Below, piece after piece: positions 1 to 10,200 of a stretch of DNA of 64,000 bases. Position 1 is the stretch's first letter, and every line of letters starts with the position of its first letter. Source of the stretch: Sedimentisphaerales bacterium (GTDB taxonomy: Bacteria > Planctomycetota > Phycisphaerae > Sedimentisphaerales > Anaerobacaceae); assembly GCA_963708075.1 (NCBI GenBank), contig OY970194.1, forward strand, positions 4,416,001 through 4,480,000, in the 5' to 3' direction. Below the pieces are notes generated by a model, which had not been told where the DNA came from, did no database searches, and was given only the letters and a program-made list of their open reading frames with translations. Made by a program: the position numbers and the translations under genes.

Positions 1-2
1 AC

Positions 3-1811
3 AAGGCCCGCAAGCTCGACAAGATGCTCGTCTGGAACTCCAATCTGATAATGGAATCGAGCGCGGGCGTGGGCGCCAAGGACGTCACGGCGGAATACTC
101 CATGGATGCCACTACGTGGACAGCTCTGGGTGATTTCGAATTCGCCCAGGCCCCGGGCGAGAGCACCTATGCCGCCGGCATGAGCATAGATTTTCGCGGC
201 GTGGCGGCCAAATATGTGAAGCTGACGATCAAGAGCAACTGGGGCGGTTTGATGAAACAGTACGGCTTGAGCGAGGTTCGCTTTTACGCGATCCCGGTCG
301 CAGCCACAGAGCCCAGCCCCGCTGCTGGGGCAACCGCTGTCCCTCCGCAAGTGACGCTGAGCTGGCGGGCCGGTCGCGAGGCCGCTTCCCACAAGGTATA
401 CCTCAGCGACGATCAGCAGGCCGTGATCGATGGCACCGCCCAGGCGGCCACGGTTACTGAGCCCAGGTATGATGCAGCGGTGAATCTGGGAAAGACCTGC
501 TACTGGAAAGTGGTCGAGGTCAACAATGCCGAGCCGCTGGGCACATGGGAAAGCGACATCTGGAGCTTCTCCGCCGCGGAGTCCATCGTCATTGACGACT
601 TCGAGAGCTACACGAATGATTCCCCCAAGCGAGTCTTCCAAACCTGGATCGACGGCATCGGCTTCTCCGAGGATGAGTTCTTCCCGAACGGCAACACCGG
701 CAACGGCTCTGGGGCCCTGGTCGGCTACGACCCTGCCGCAGGCAATATCATGGAGACCGCCCTGATTCACAGCGGCAGGCAGTCCATGCCTCTGTACTAC
801 GACAACTCCGGCGGCACGCACTACGCCGAGACCCAGCGTACATTCGCGACATCGCAGGACTGGAGCAAGTACGGCATCACAACGCTGGTGCTGTACTTCC
901 ACGGCGATCCGAACAACGCCGCCGCCCCGCTCTATATCAAGATCAACGGCACGAAGGTGCTCTACAACAATGGCGCCGCCGGCACAGCTTTTTCCGTCTG
1001 GAAGCAGTGGAATATCGACCTTTCCGGCGTGGCCGGCGTGAACCTCAAGAGCGTGAAGACTCTTGCGATGGGTGTGGGTGACGGGTCTGGTGGTGGGGCC
1101 GGGACCCTCTACATCGATGATATCCTGCTGTATGCAGCAGCCCCGCAAGTGGTGACTCCGGTCGATCCGGGCGCCAACAGCCTGGCGGCGCTGTACGCGA
1201 TGGAAGACAACGTGCAGGACACCTCCGGCAAGGGCAACAACGGCACAGCTTCCGGCGACCCGGTGTACGTGCAGGGGCCGGCCGGCTATGGCAAGGCGCT
1301 GAGCTTTGACGGATTGAACGATTACGTCGATTTGCCCATTGGCACGCTTGTGGGCACCCTGAGCGACATCACGATTGCGACACAGGTGAAATTCGGCAAT
1401 ACCGGCGGCTCCTGGCAGCGGATCTTTGACTTTGGCACGGGCACGACGAACTATATGTTCCTGACGCCTCGCACGGGCACAACCGGTCCCGTGCGATTCG
1501 CCATGCGGACCGCGGCCGTCAGCACCGAACAGTTCGCCATGAATGCGGCCACCCTGCCTTCGGGCTGGCACCATGTGGCTGTTGCGATCGATAGTGCGAG
1601 CATGCAGATACGGCTGTACGTGGATGGCTCTCCGGCGGCCACCGGCACAACTGCGCTGCTGCCCAGGGATTTGGGCAATACCAACCAGAACTGGCTGGGC
1701 CGCTCCCAGTGGACGGCGGATGCGTTTTTTACCGGCGCGCTGGACGACTTCCGGATTTACAGCCGTGCGTTGTCGGAATCCGAGGTGCGTTACCTCGCCG
1801 GAGATCGGTGA
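3..1811 (+). CDS. Secreted modular protein (discoidin/F5-8-like + FN3-like + carbohydrate-binding module + C-terminal LamG jellyroll), 5' truncated by the window edge
   Basis: Frame is open from position 3 (KARKLDKM...). Motifs YVKLTIKSNWGG..YGLSEVRF, YWKVVEVN and WHHVAV..YVDG..GALDDFRIYSRALS. Strong similarity to ORF 18904..21969. Confidence 0.8.
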   Translation, partial: KARKLDKMLVWNSNLIMESSAGVGAKDVTAEYSMDATTWTALGDFEFAQAPGESTYAAGMSIDFRGVAAKYVKLTIKSNWGGLMKQYGLSEVRFYAIPVAATEPSPAAGATAVPPQVTLSWRAGREAASHKVYLSDDQQAVIDGTAQAATVTEPRYDAAVNLGKTCYWKVVEVNNAEPLGTWESDIWSFSAAESIVIDDFESYTNDSPKRVFQTWIDGIGFSEDEFFPNGNTGNGSGALVGYDPAAGNIMETALIHSGRQSMPLYYDNSGGTHYAETQRTFATSQDWSKYGITTLVLYFHGDPNNAAAPLYIKINGTKVLYNNGAAGTAFSVWKQWNIDLSGVAGVNLKSVKTLAMGVGDGSGGGAGTLYIDDILLYAAAPQVVTPVDPGANSLAALYAMEDNVQDTSGKGNNGTASGDPVYVQGPAGYGKALSFDGLNDYVDLPIGTLVGTLSDITIATQVKFGNTGGSWQRIFDFGTGTTNYMFLTPRTGTTGPVRFAMRTAAVSTEQFAMNAATLPSGWHHVAVAIDSASMQIRLYVDGSPAATGTTALLPRDLGNTNQNWLGRSQWTADAFFTGALDDFRIYSRALSESEVRYLAGDR

Positions 1812-1814
1812 TTC

Positions 1815-1891
1815 GATTGCGGATTTGGGATTTCGGATTGCGGATTAAGGCTGCGAGTCGAATCCGCAATCCGCAATCATCAATCCGCAAT
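1815..1891. repeat. Heptamer tandem repeats (GATTGCG)n / (CGCAATC)n forming an inverted repeat between convergent genes
   Basis: gattgcggatttgggatttcggattgcggatt ... aatccgcaatccgcaatcatcaatccgcaat. The same unit recurs at about 58993-59024. Confidence 0.85.
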
Positions 1892-1895
1892 GGGT

Positions 1896-3164
1896 CTAGC
1901 GGGCTACCATTTCCACGGGAGCCAGGATGGTCTGCGGTGATGTCCCGGGGCCTGCGGTCAGTCCGCACACGCGTGACACCTCCTCGACCGAGGTGACTCC
2001 GGCGGCGACCTTTTTCAGGCCATCATGGACCATGGACTGCACGCCTCTCCGGCGCAGGCAATCCAGGAGTTCGCGGTGATGCGTGCCCGAGCTGATGAAC
2101 GTCCCGATTTCATCATCTATGGGCACCACTTCGAAGATGCCCGTGCGTCCTTTGTAGCCGTACGAGCTGCACTCTGTGCAGCCGTCCGCCTGCAGGAGGC
2201 TCTCGGGAGGTTCCATCTTGAATCGTGCGAACAGCTCCCGGTCCTCCGCGCTCAAATCTCTGGGCCGGGCACAGCAGCCGCAAGTCCGTCGGGCCAGACT
2301 CTGCGCGATGACCAGCCGCAGTGAGCTTCCGATGATGTGGTGCGGCACGCCAAGGTAGTGCAAGGCATCGACCGCGCCGGCCGCATCCTGGGCGTGGATG
2401 GTCGCCAGGACCAGCCTGCCGGACAGCGCCGCACGCGACGCCACGATCGCCGAGTCCTGGTCCCGGATCTCGCCGACCAGGATCAGGTCCGGGTCCATCC
2501 GCAAGATGGTCCGCAGGCCCTCGTGCATGGTGAGGCCGTGCTGCTCATCGACCTCGATCTGCTGAGCATACGGCAGCCGGAACTCGACAGGGTCCTCGAT
2601 GGAATAGGTCGTCATGGCCCGCAGGTCCAACTGCGAGGCCAGGGAGTACATGGTGGTGGTCTTGCCCGAGCCGGTGGCCCCGGTGATCAGGACCAGGCCG
2701 CTGAGAGCACGCATGCTCGCGGAGACCCGCTCCTGGTCCTCCATGGAGACTCCCAGGCCGGACATGTCCCACTCGTCCCGGGGCACGTTCAGGAATCTCA
2801 GGTGCGCCGATTCGCGACCCCGCACGGGCGTAAGCGTGACACGGATTTCCCACTTCACATCTTCATCCGGCCAGACAAGCTGGCCTTCCAGAGGCGCGAA
2901 ACACCGCGTGACGGTCAGGCCTGACGCGCTCTTCAACTGGTTCAGCAGCCGTCGTCCTTCGGCCGGCGACAGCAGGAGCCTGGGTTGGATGGTCCCATCG
3001 ACGCGATGCAGGACCCGGACACCCTCCTCCACGCAATGTACGTGCACGTCCGTGGCCCGCTCCATGATCGCGTTCCAGATGAGCGTGTTGAGGAGGTCTG
3101 GGTAAGGGGTGATTGTCGCGTCGCTGCTATCCTGTCCATGGCTGTCTTGAGCAGCTTTGGGCAT
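1896..3164 (-). CDS. GspE/PulE/PilB-family secretion or pilus assembly ATPase
   Basis: Walker A GATGSGKTTT, IEDPVE Asp box, LRMDPDLILVGEIRD Walker B, ATIH His box, CxxC...CxxC and GYKGRTGIFE. Confidence 0.92.
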   Translation of the reverse strand: MPKAAQDSHGQDSSDATITPYPDLLNTLIWNAIMERATDVHVHCVEEGVRVLHRVDGTIQPRLLLSPAEGRRLLNQLKSASGLTVTRCFAPLEGQLVWPDEDVKWEIRVTLTPVRGRESAHLRFLNVPRDEWDMSGLGVSMEDQERVSASMRALSGLVLITGATGSGKTTTMYSLASQLDLRAMTTYSIEDPVEFRLPYAQQIEVDEQHGLTMHEGLRTILRMDPDLILVGEIRDQDSAIVASRAALSGRLVLATIHAQDAAGAVDALHYLGVPHHIIGSSLRLVIAQSLARRTCGCCARPRDLSAEDRELFARFKMEPPESLLQADGCTECSSYGYKGRTGIFEVVPIDDEIGTFISSGTHHRELLDCLRRRGVQSMVHDGLKKVAAGVTSVEEVSRVCGLTAGPGTSPQTILAPVEMVAR

Positions 3165-3506
3165 AACTGTACTCCTGCAGTTGGGCCCGGGTCGCCAACG
3201 ATCCCTCGGCCGATAATCTTGGGGCCGGAACTACACAGGGTATCCGTCCCTCAGGCCGTATCTCGGCACGAGAACGTCCCATCTTGACCCGTGTTTTCCC
3301 CCAATTCTTCTAATCGGCCCTGGCATACCGGCAAAGGCTGTTTGAGAGCTTGGCATATCGTCTGCGGAGAAGGAACGTCCCATAGTCAGGGGGTGACTCG
3401 GATGATTGTTCGCAAAATGGCGGATGCCTTGCGGAAAGTGGTGTTCATCTGCCATCGCCAGCCGGTATGATACGCGGGAATGCCCTGTCCATGGGTCAGT
3501 CAACAT

Positions 3507-3580
3507 GTAGGGTGGGTCCTTGACCCACGCGTCAAGAACGTTTCGCTTGGGTAACCGCGTGGGTCAAGGACCCACCCTAC
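3507..3580. repeat. GTAG-type REP doublet (REPIN-like)
   Basis: gtagggtgggtccttgacccacgcg ... cgcgtgggtcaaggacccaccctac, a perfect 25-bp inverted repeat. Related copy at 16392-16468. Confidence 0.9.
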
Positions 3581-3597
3581 GAGATCAGGAGAATACC

Positions 3598-5667
3598 ATG
3601 AAAGCAGTCTGCCACCGTGGTTCTCGTTGTCGCACTCATCACCGCAGTGTGCTCCATCGGCCTCAGTGCTGAAAACACGGTCCACTTGGTCGTCCGGGCC
3701 GATCAGCCGGCGCGCGGATCAGTCCCACCATGTATGGCATCTTCTTCGAGGACATCAACTTCGGGGCCGACGGCGGTTTGTACGCCGAGCTGGTCAAGAA
3801 CCGCTCGTTCGAGTTCCCCGAGCCCTTGATGGGCTGGCGCGAGGACGCCGCGGGCACAGCCGTCGGCTCCCTCCGGGTCCTGGACAAAGAGCCGCTCAAC
3901 CCTGCAAATCGACATTATCTGCGCATCAGCACAACGGATGCAGAGAGTGGTTACGGCATCGCGAACGATGGCTTCGCAGGAATTGGCGTTCGCAAGGGCG
4001 AGGAGTATTCGTTTTCCGTGTTGGCCCGTGGCGACAAGAACGCGGTCCTGCGTGTCGAGTTGGTGACGAAAGATACGATGCGCGTTCTGGCCAAGGCGAA
4101 GATCAGCGGATTCCGCACCGGCTGGACGAGGAAATCGGCGACGCTGCGTCCCAGGGCCACCGATGCCCACGCCCGGCTGCGAGTGCTCCTGCAAACATGG
4201 AATACGGCGGTGGACCTCGACATGGTGTCGCTGTTCCCGAAGAAGACCTGGAAGGATCGGCCGAATGGTTTGCGGGCCGACGTGGTGCAGTGGCTGGCGG
4301 ATATGAAGCCCGGGTTCCTGCGGTTCCCCGGCGGGTGCATTGTCGAGGGGCGATACCTGAGCACACGGTACCAGTGGAAGAACACGATCGGCAAACCGGA
4401 GGAGCGACGGCTGATCATCAACCGCTGGAACGACGAATTCAAGCACCGCCCCGCGCCCGATTACTTCCAGACGTTCGGGCTCGGCTTTTATGAGTACTTC
4501 CTGCTGTGCGAGGACATCGGGGCCGAGCCGCTGCCGATCCTCAACTGCGGCATGGCGTGCCAGTTCAATTCCAAGGAACTCGTGCCGCTCGATCAGCTCG
4601 ACCCGTACATCCGGGACGCCCTGGACCTGATCGAGTTCGCCAATGGCCCCGCGACGAGTACCTGGGGCGCCAAGCGGGCCGCGATGGGCCATCCCAAGCC
4701 CTTCAATATGAAGATGCTGGGCGTCGGCAACGAGCAGTGGGGACCGCAGTACATCGAACGGTATGTCCCCTTTGTCAAGGCCATCAAGGACAGGTATCCG
4801 GACATTCAACTGATCGGCGCGACCGGGTCCGATCCTGAGATCTTTCCCAACGGTCCCAAAGAAGTGGAATTCCTGTGGGATCAGATGCGCAAACTCAATG
4901 CCGAGATTGTCGATGAGCATTTCTACCGCAGCCCGGACTGGTTCCTGGACAGCGCCGGTCTCTACGACAAGTTCGAGCGCACAGGTCCGAAGGTGTTCGT
5001 GGGCGAGTATGGAGCCCAGAGCGTCGGCGTCGCCAGTCCGGACAACCGCAACAATTGGAAATGCGCCCTGGCCGAGGCGGCGTTCATGACCGGCCTGGAG
5101 CGCAACGCGGACGTGGTCGTGATGAGCTGTTACGCCCCGCTGTTCGGCCACGAGGACCGCTGGCAGTGGCGGCCGGACCTGATCTGGTTCGACAATCTCA
5201 CCTCCTACGGCACCGCCAACTACTACGTCCAGCAGTTGTTCAGCCGCAATCGCGGCGACGTGGTCCTGCCGGTCGAGGTTCGTAGTATGCCCGAGACTGT
5301 AGGGGCGGGTTTCAAACCCTCGAAAGAAACGCCTGGCGGCGTCACTACAAGCGCGTCGAGCAAGCAGCCGGGCCTGTACGTAGCCGCCAGCCGGGACGAG
5401 AACGCCGGCGAGGTCATTCTGAAAGTGGTCAATAGCGCAGAAAAGCCCATGGCTGCCGACGTGCAGATCAAGGGTGCCGGACGCGTGGCATCGCAGGGCA
5501 CGATGATCCTTCTGGCCGGCGGGAAACTCACGGACGAGAACTCCATCACCGAGCCGAGGAAGATCGCGCCCGTGACATCATCGTTGAAAGGCCTGGGCGG
5601 CGAATTCAAACACACGTTCCCGCCCTACTCGTTCACCGTGCTGCGTCTGAAGACCAGGAGCCCCTGA
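3598..5667 (+). CDS. GH51 alpha-L-arabinofuranosidase; signal-peptide region disrupted by two apparent single-base indels (intact ORF 3730..5667)
   Basis: MYGIFFEDINFGADGGLYAELVKNRSFE, LRFPGGC, VGNEQWG, VGEYGA, ERNADVV. RBS AGGAG precedes ATG 3598. Confidence 0.9.
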
Positions 5668-5695
5668 CAGAATAAGCCTCACTATGATGAGAGAG

Positions 5696-5725
5696 GCATG
5701 CTTACGCTTGCGTAAGCATGGCACC
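5696..5725. repeat. CATGCTTACGC-type REP palindrome, target of the IS
   Basis: gcatgcttacgcttgcgtaagcatggcacc. Related copies at 11848-11930 and 32981-33061. Confidence 0.85.
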
Positions 5726-7210
5726 CAACGCCGTGAACTTAAGCGGCCTTGGTCTTTTCGTAAATCCTTTTGGCACAGCGTTTTTCCTTCTCATTGGCGG
5801 GGCGGATTCTCGGTAGGCCCGCGGGAGGATCGTTCTTCTTGTGCGGCCAATGCCGAGCCTGTTTCGGTCCGCTTCGGACGTAGGCGTCTTTGACTGCCTT
5901 TTGCAGTTGAGCCCGAAGACCGGCTCTTCGAGCAGACCGCCCGAGAGGATGCATGATGCGCCGGACCACCCGCAGCGATTCGCATACGCTCCAGCATAGC
6001 GGATCCCGCTTGGCCCCGATCAATGCCTCCACGCTCCACAGACCGACTACCAGATACGCCAGCATCGCCCAGTCCAGTTCCCGCCGGGCCTCCTGCGGAC
6101 AGCCGCTTCGCATCTTGTGCTGCTCCAGCGTCCGTTTGAACGAGCGATAGAAGACCTCGTGGCCCCACCGCATCCGATAGAACTGACCGATCTGCCGATC
6201 CGTCAGGGCCTGCTCCTCCATCACGCTGGTCACCAGGTACACCGGTGAATGATGCGCCTGCTCGATCCGGATCAGCCGCAGTTGCAACGGCGGACACTTC
6301 GATTGTTTTCGCGTCGGCCACAGCCACACCAACTCGCCCTTGATCTTGACGTGCACATCCGTCAGACCCGTCAGCAGCGTACGGTTCGAACCCATCCGCA
6401 CCAGAACCTGCACTCCACGATCTACCAGCGATCGCAGAAGATCAAAACCCGTAAAGCCGGCGTCCGCCACCAGCAAAGACCTGCTCGGCAGCAATCCCGC
6501 CATCGAGTGCAGGTGCGTCTGCTCCGACTGAATCCCCGCTCCGATCCGCCACGCCCACGGCAGTCCTGTGCCCAGGTGGTACAGACTGGTCAACGACAAC
6601 TGCGGCCCCGTCTTCTTGCGACCTGCACAACCGAAGCTCTTTTGGTTCCTGGCGGTCCGGGGGACTTCGATCCGTGTGCCATCGGCCGAAAAGGCCAACC
6701 AGCCGTCCCGCCGCCAGAACGCACCGGCGATGCGACGATGGTGACGCCGAAGGTGGTGTTTGATGGCTTGGCGTTGTTTGCCATTGATCCTGCGGCGGGC
6801 CTTGATGTATCCCTGGTAGGTCCCGCCGGGACGTTTGCGGCCTCGATACATCTCGATCAGCCCCTGGCGGGCGTGAGTGAACCGATCCTTCAGTGTCCGC
6901 GACGGCTCCAACGCCATCAGCACAGACAGGTAGATCACATACTCCAGCGTCCATCGGCCCACACGACAACCGCTCGTGGACCCCAGAGCCGCCAGAGCCG
7001 AAAAAAGGGGGCCATGAAAATCTGACTCATGGCCGAACGCAACGGCTGCCGATGAAAATGCGTAGAGCCTCTGCTCTCGATCTTTCGAGTGTTCATTGGA
7101 CACCTCCTTGCTTTGTTGTCCGGACAAATACAACATCGGCAAGGAGGCTCTATTCTCTTGCGTTTCCTTCACTTGCGTCTTCTATAATCCCTGAAGAGTT
7201 CACGGCGTTG
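5726..7210 (-). mobile_element. IS4-type insertion sequence, 1485 bp
   Basis: Perfect 14-bp TIRs CAACGCCGTGAACT (5726-5739) / AGTTCACGGCGTTG (7197-7210). 9-bp TSD CATGGCACC at 5717-5725 and 7211-7219. Confidence 0.93.
5739..7096 (-). CDS. IS4-family DDE transposase (probable start ATG 7096 with a frameshift near 7001-7011; open frame 5739..7172)
   Basis: SADGT, VADAGF and the YRMRWGHEVFYRSFK Y-R-E-K signature. Confidence 0.88.
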
Positions 7211-7230
7211 CATGGCACCCCGCTTATCAT

Positions 7231-10200
7231 CTATGGTTTGGCGGATGTGCCGCCGATGGTGGCGTCGAGCGTGAGGCCGAACACGATGTCGCTGCTGGTT
7301 GAGCTATTCTGATGCACCTCTACGGCAATCACGTTGTCGCCCTGGCGAAGAGCATCCGCTGGAATTTCAAATGGTCCCTCCAGGACCGCGTCTCCGACAC
7401 CTCGACTGGCCCGTGTGTCATATTTGGCCGCGCCGGCGGGCATGCCCAGGCGATAGACCTCCTGGCCGTTGAGGTAAACGATGGCACCGTCGTCGATCAG
7501 CAGAGTCACAGCAAGCGACGTGACTTTCGATGGCGCAGCGTCCAGGGGGAAATGCGTCCGGAAGTAGTACGTGGCAGGACCAAGCGTGAGCTTTGTATTC
7601 TTGGGACCCGGCAGGGTCGCACTCTCGACGTAGAGCACGCCGGGGCCCGTCGGCCACGCGGAATCGTCAAAGGCCGGCTGGCACCAGGAGGCATCCAGAA
7701 CCGTGCCGCTCTGCTCGTACGACCAAACGCTGTCCATGGCGATCAGGGTCTTGTCCACGGGAGCAGTGAAAGGATTCGGGGCTCCCGGTGTCGGCAATGC
7801 AAAGGACTCGATGGTGTCCGATGCATCGGGCGACCTGCCCTGCGACACGCCGACAGCTTGCGGGCCGTACACGATCTTGTCGATCTCGCGAGACTCCGCA
7901 TCGAGCAGGATGATGGTCCCGCCGTCCATCGGAAGCGGCGCAGCCTTCTGCCCCACAAGGCCTGGGTCGTCAGGCGTGGATACCGGGAAGCTACGATCTG
8001 CAAAGAAAGTCAAAGGTGCGAAGCCTCCTCCTTGCGATGTGGCAGGATCGTCTGTCAAAGAACAGCCGCCCAAGTCCACGGGCGAGGACTGCGGATTGAA
8101 CAATTCGACGAAGCCATCGGTAAACGGAGCGTCGCCTTTGGCCAGCCACTCGTTGATTCTCACGGCCGCCGGATCGCCGACCGGATGCGCGACATTTTCC
8201 TTTCCGAGCGTGGGCGTCGTCAGGTGCCATTCGCTCGTAGTACCGACTCGGCCTATAGACAAGTCGGGCAACTGCAAGCCGTACTCGACGGAATCGATGA
8301 GCAAGCCCGAGCGGTCGTACAGGAGAACGGTCCCGCCGCTCTCGTCCAGCTCAAAGCCCAGATGGTTCGCGTCGGCGTAGAGCACTAGATGGTGGCCGGA
8401 TTCTATGGCTGCACCCTGCGGGAAGACGAATTTGGCAGGTTCGCCTGCATCGTTCGTCAAGCTCATGCCGGCCAGGTCCAGCGGCGCGGGCCCGTCATAG
8501 TGCAACTCAATCAGATCAGGATGCGTGCCCTCGCGCTCCACGGCGGACACGTTCCACGCGAGCAGCTCATCGATGACCAGTCGGCTGTAGGAAGTATCCA
8601 CTTGCCACGGCCGGGAGGCGTTGGGGATGGTCTGCCAGACAGCGGCGGAGTTTTTGCCGAGGACGTAGACCTGGTAGGCCCCGCCATCAAGCAAGTCCGC
8701 CAGCTCGATGGGTGTACCCACAGGCCGCTCTTCACTCCATGGGCCGTTCGGATCGTTCAGGCTGTACCTGTAATGCGTGATCCCGGCGCCGGACACGGTG
8801 AGCGTCGCGGCGGTCCGCCAGGTGATCTCGCCGGGCTCGCCGAAGATTGAGGCGCCGGCAGAGACATAAGCTCCCATATCCAGGCCGTTGGCCCCCGTGC
8901 CGATGGCGGGCGACATGGGCTTGAGATGGAAATCCGTCGGCGGGGCAACGAACAGTGGATCGGCGTCCATGTTCCCCACGCCATAACTCTGCCACGCGGC
9001 GGCAACGATCGAGTGGTGGACCTCCATCTGGGTCGTGCCGTACTTCGGGTCATTGGTGTAGAAGTCGGCGAAGAGGGTCGGGGCGTTGCGGAAGATGCAG
9101 GAGTCCACGTAGACGCCTTTGCCTGGCGTGCCCCCCAGCTCAGGAATCCCGAAGAAGAATGTCGAATCCGTCATATCCATGACCGTGTTGTTGACGAAGG
9201 TCATGAACGAGCCATCCTTGACTTGGGCGACGTGCCCGCAGTTGTAGAAGACGTTGCGGACGACGACGTAGTATCTGCCCCTGCCGGCGGAGATCACGTT
9301 GGATTCGCGGGCCGCCGTGTTGTAGCGGTCCTTGCGGAAGTTCGTGAACGTGTTGCCCTCGACATGGGCATCACCCTCGAGATCGAGAGCATCGTCGCCG
9401 CCGCCCAGGAACAGGTTATTGAGGATTTGCAGCGGCGGTTTCGGCCGGGCAGGCCCGTCCACATCGACGGCGTCGTTGTGACCCTTGTTCTTGCCGAAGA
9501 CGCAGTTCTCAACGATGAGTTGCCCGTCGTTCACGACAGCACCCCAAATGTGCTCGCTCATGTTGTCCGTGGTGGGCGCCTGCTCGGGACCGAAGATGTC
9601 GGTGAAGGTGCAACTGCGCACGGTCAGCCACGAATCAGAGACACGAATGCGGCGAAGGTCCGTGTGATCGAACGTGACCTGTTCAAGAAGGAGGCGCGAT
9701 TTCTCGACGCCGATCATGCCGTCGTTGGTGCGCCCGTACTCGATCAGGGCGTAAGCAATGCGGTTTTCGGCGGTGGAGCCATTGAATTGCAGCCCGCCCC
9801 AGGTGCCCTGGCTGCCCGGCGTGCGTGTGAATCGGATCAGGGCATTCTCGCTGCCCTCGGCGACAAGACGGCCTCGAATGACCATCCGTGCACTCGGCTC
9901 GAAGTACACCAACGTGCCCGGCTGGATCGTCAGCGAGAGGCCCGCCGGGACCGTGAACTCGCCTGTGATGAGATATGGACTGCCGCGGACCGTCCAGATC
10001 GTATCTTGCGTCAACGCGCCCTGGACCGGCGTCGGCACATCCGCCTCGAAATAGCCCAGGTCGCCGCCGTCGCCGGCTTTGCCGACGCACGGCGAGTTAG
10101 ACTGGAGACGGTAATCGTGGTTCTGCACATCGACAAAGAGCGGGTCGGCGCGAAGATTGCCTCTTCCCGGCCAAGCTTCGCTGGTGACATCCGAATAGTC

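Noticed and set aside
3..1811. Diversity-generating retroelement TR/VR pair between the two paralogues
   Set aside because: Differences are not adenine-specific and no reverse transcriptase is present.
3670..3672. TGA read-through (selenocysteine) in GH51
   Set aside because: The peptide before the TGA in that frame is nonsense; the signal peptide is in another frame, so indels explain it better.
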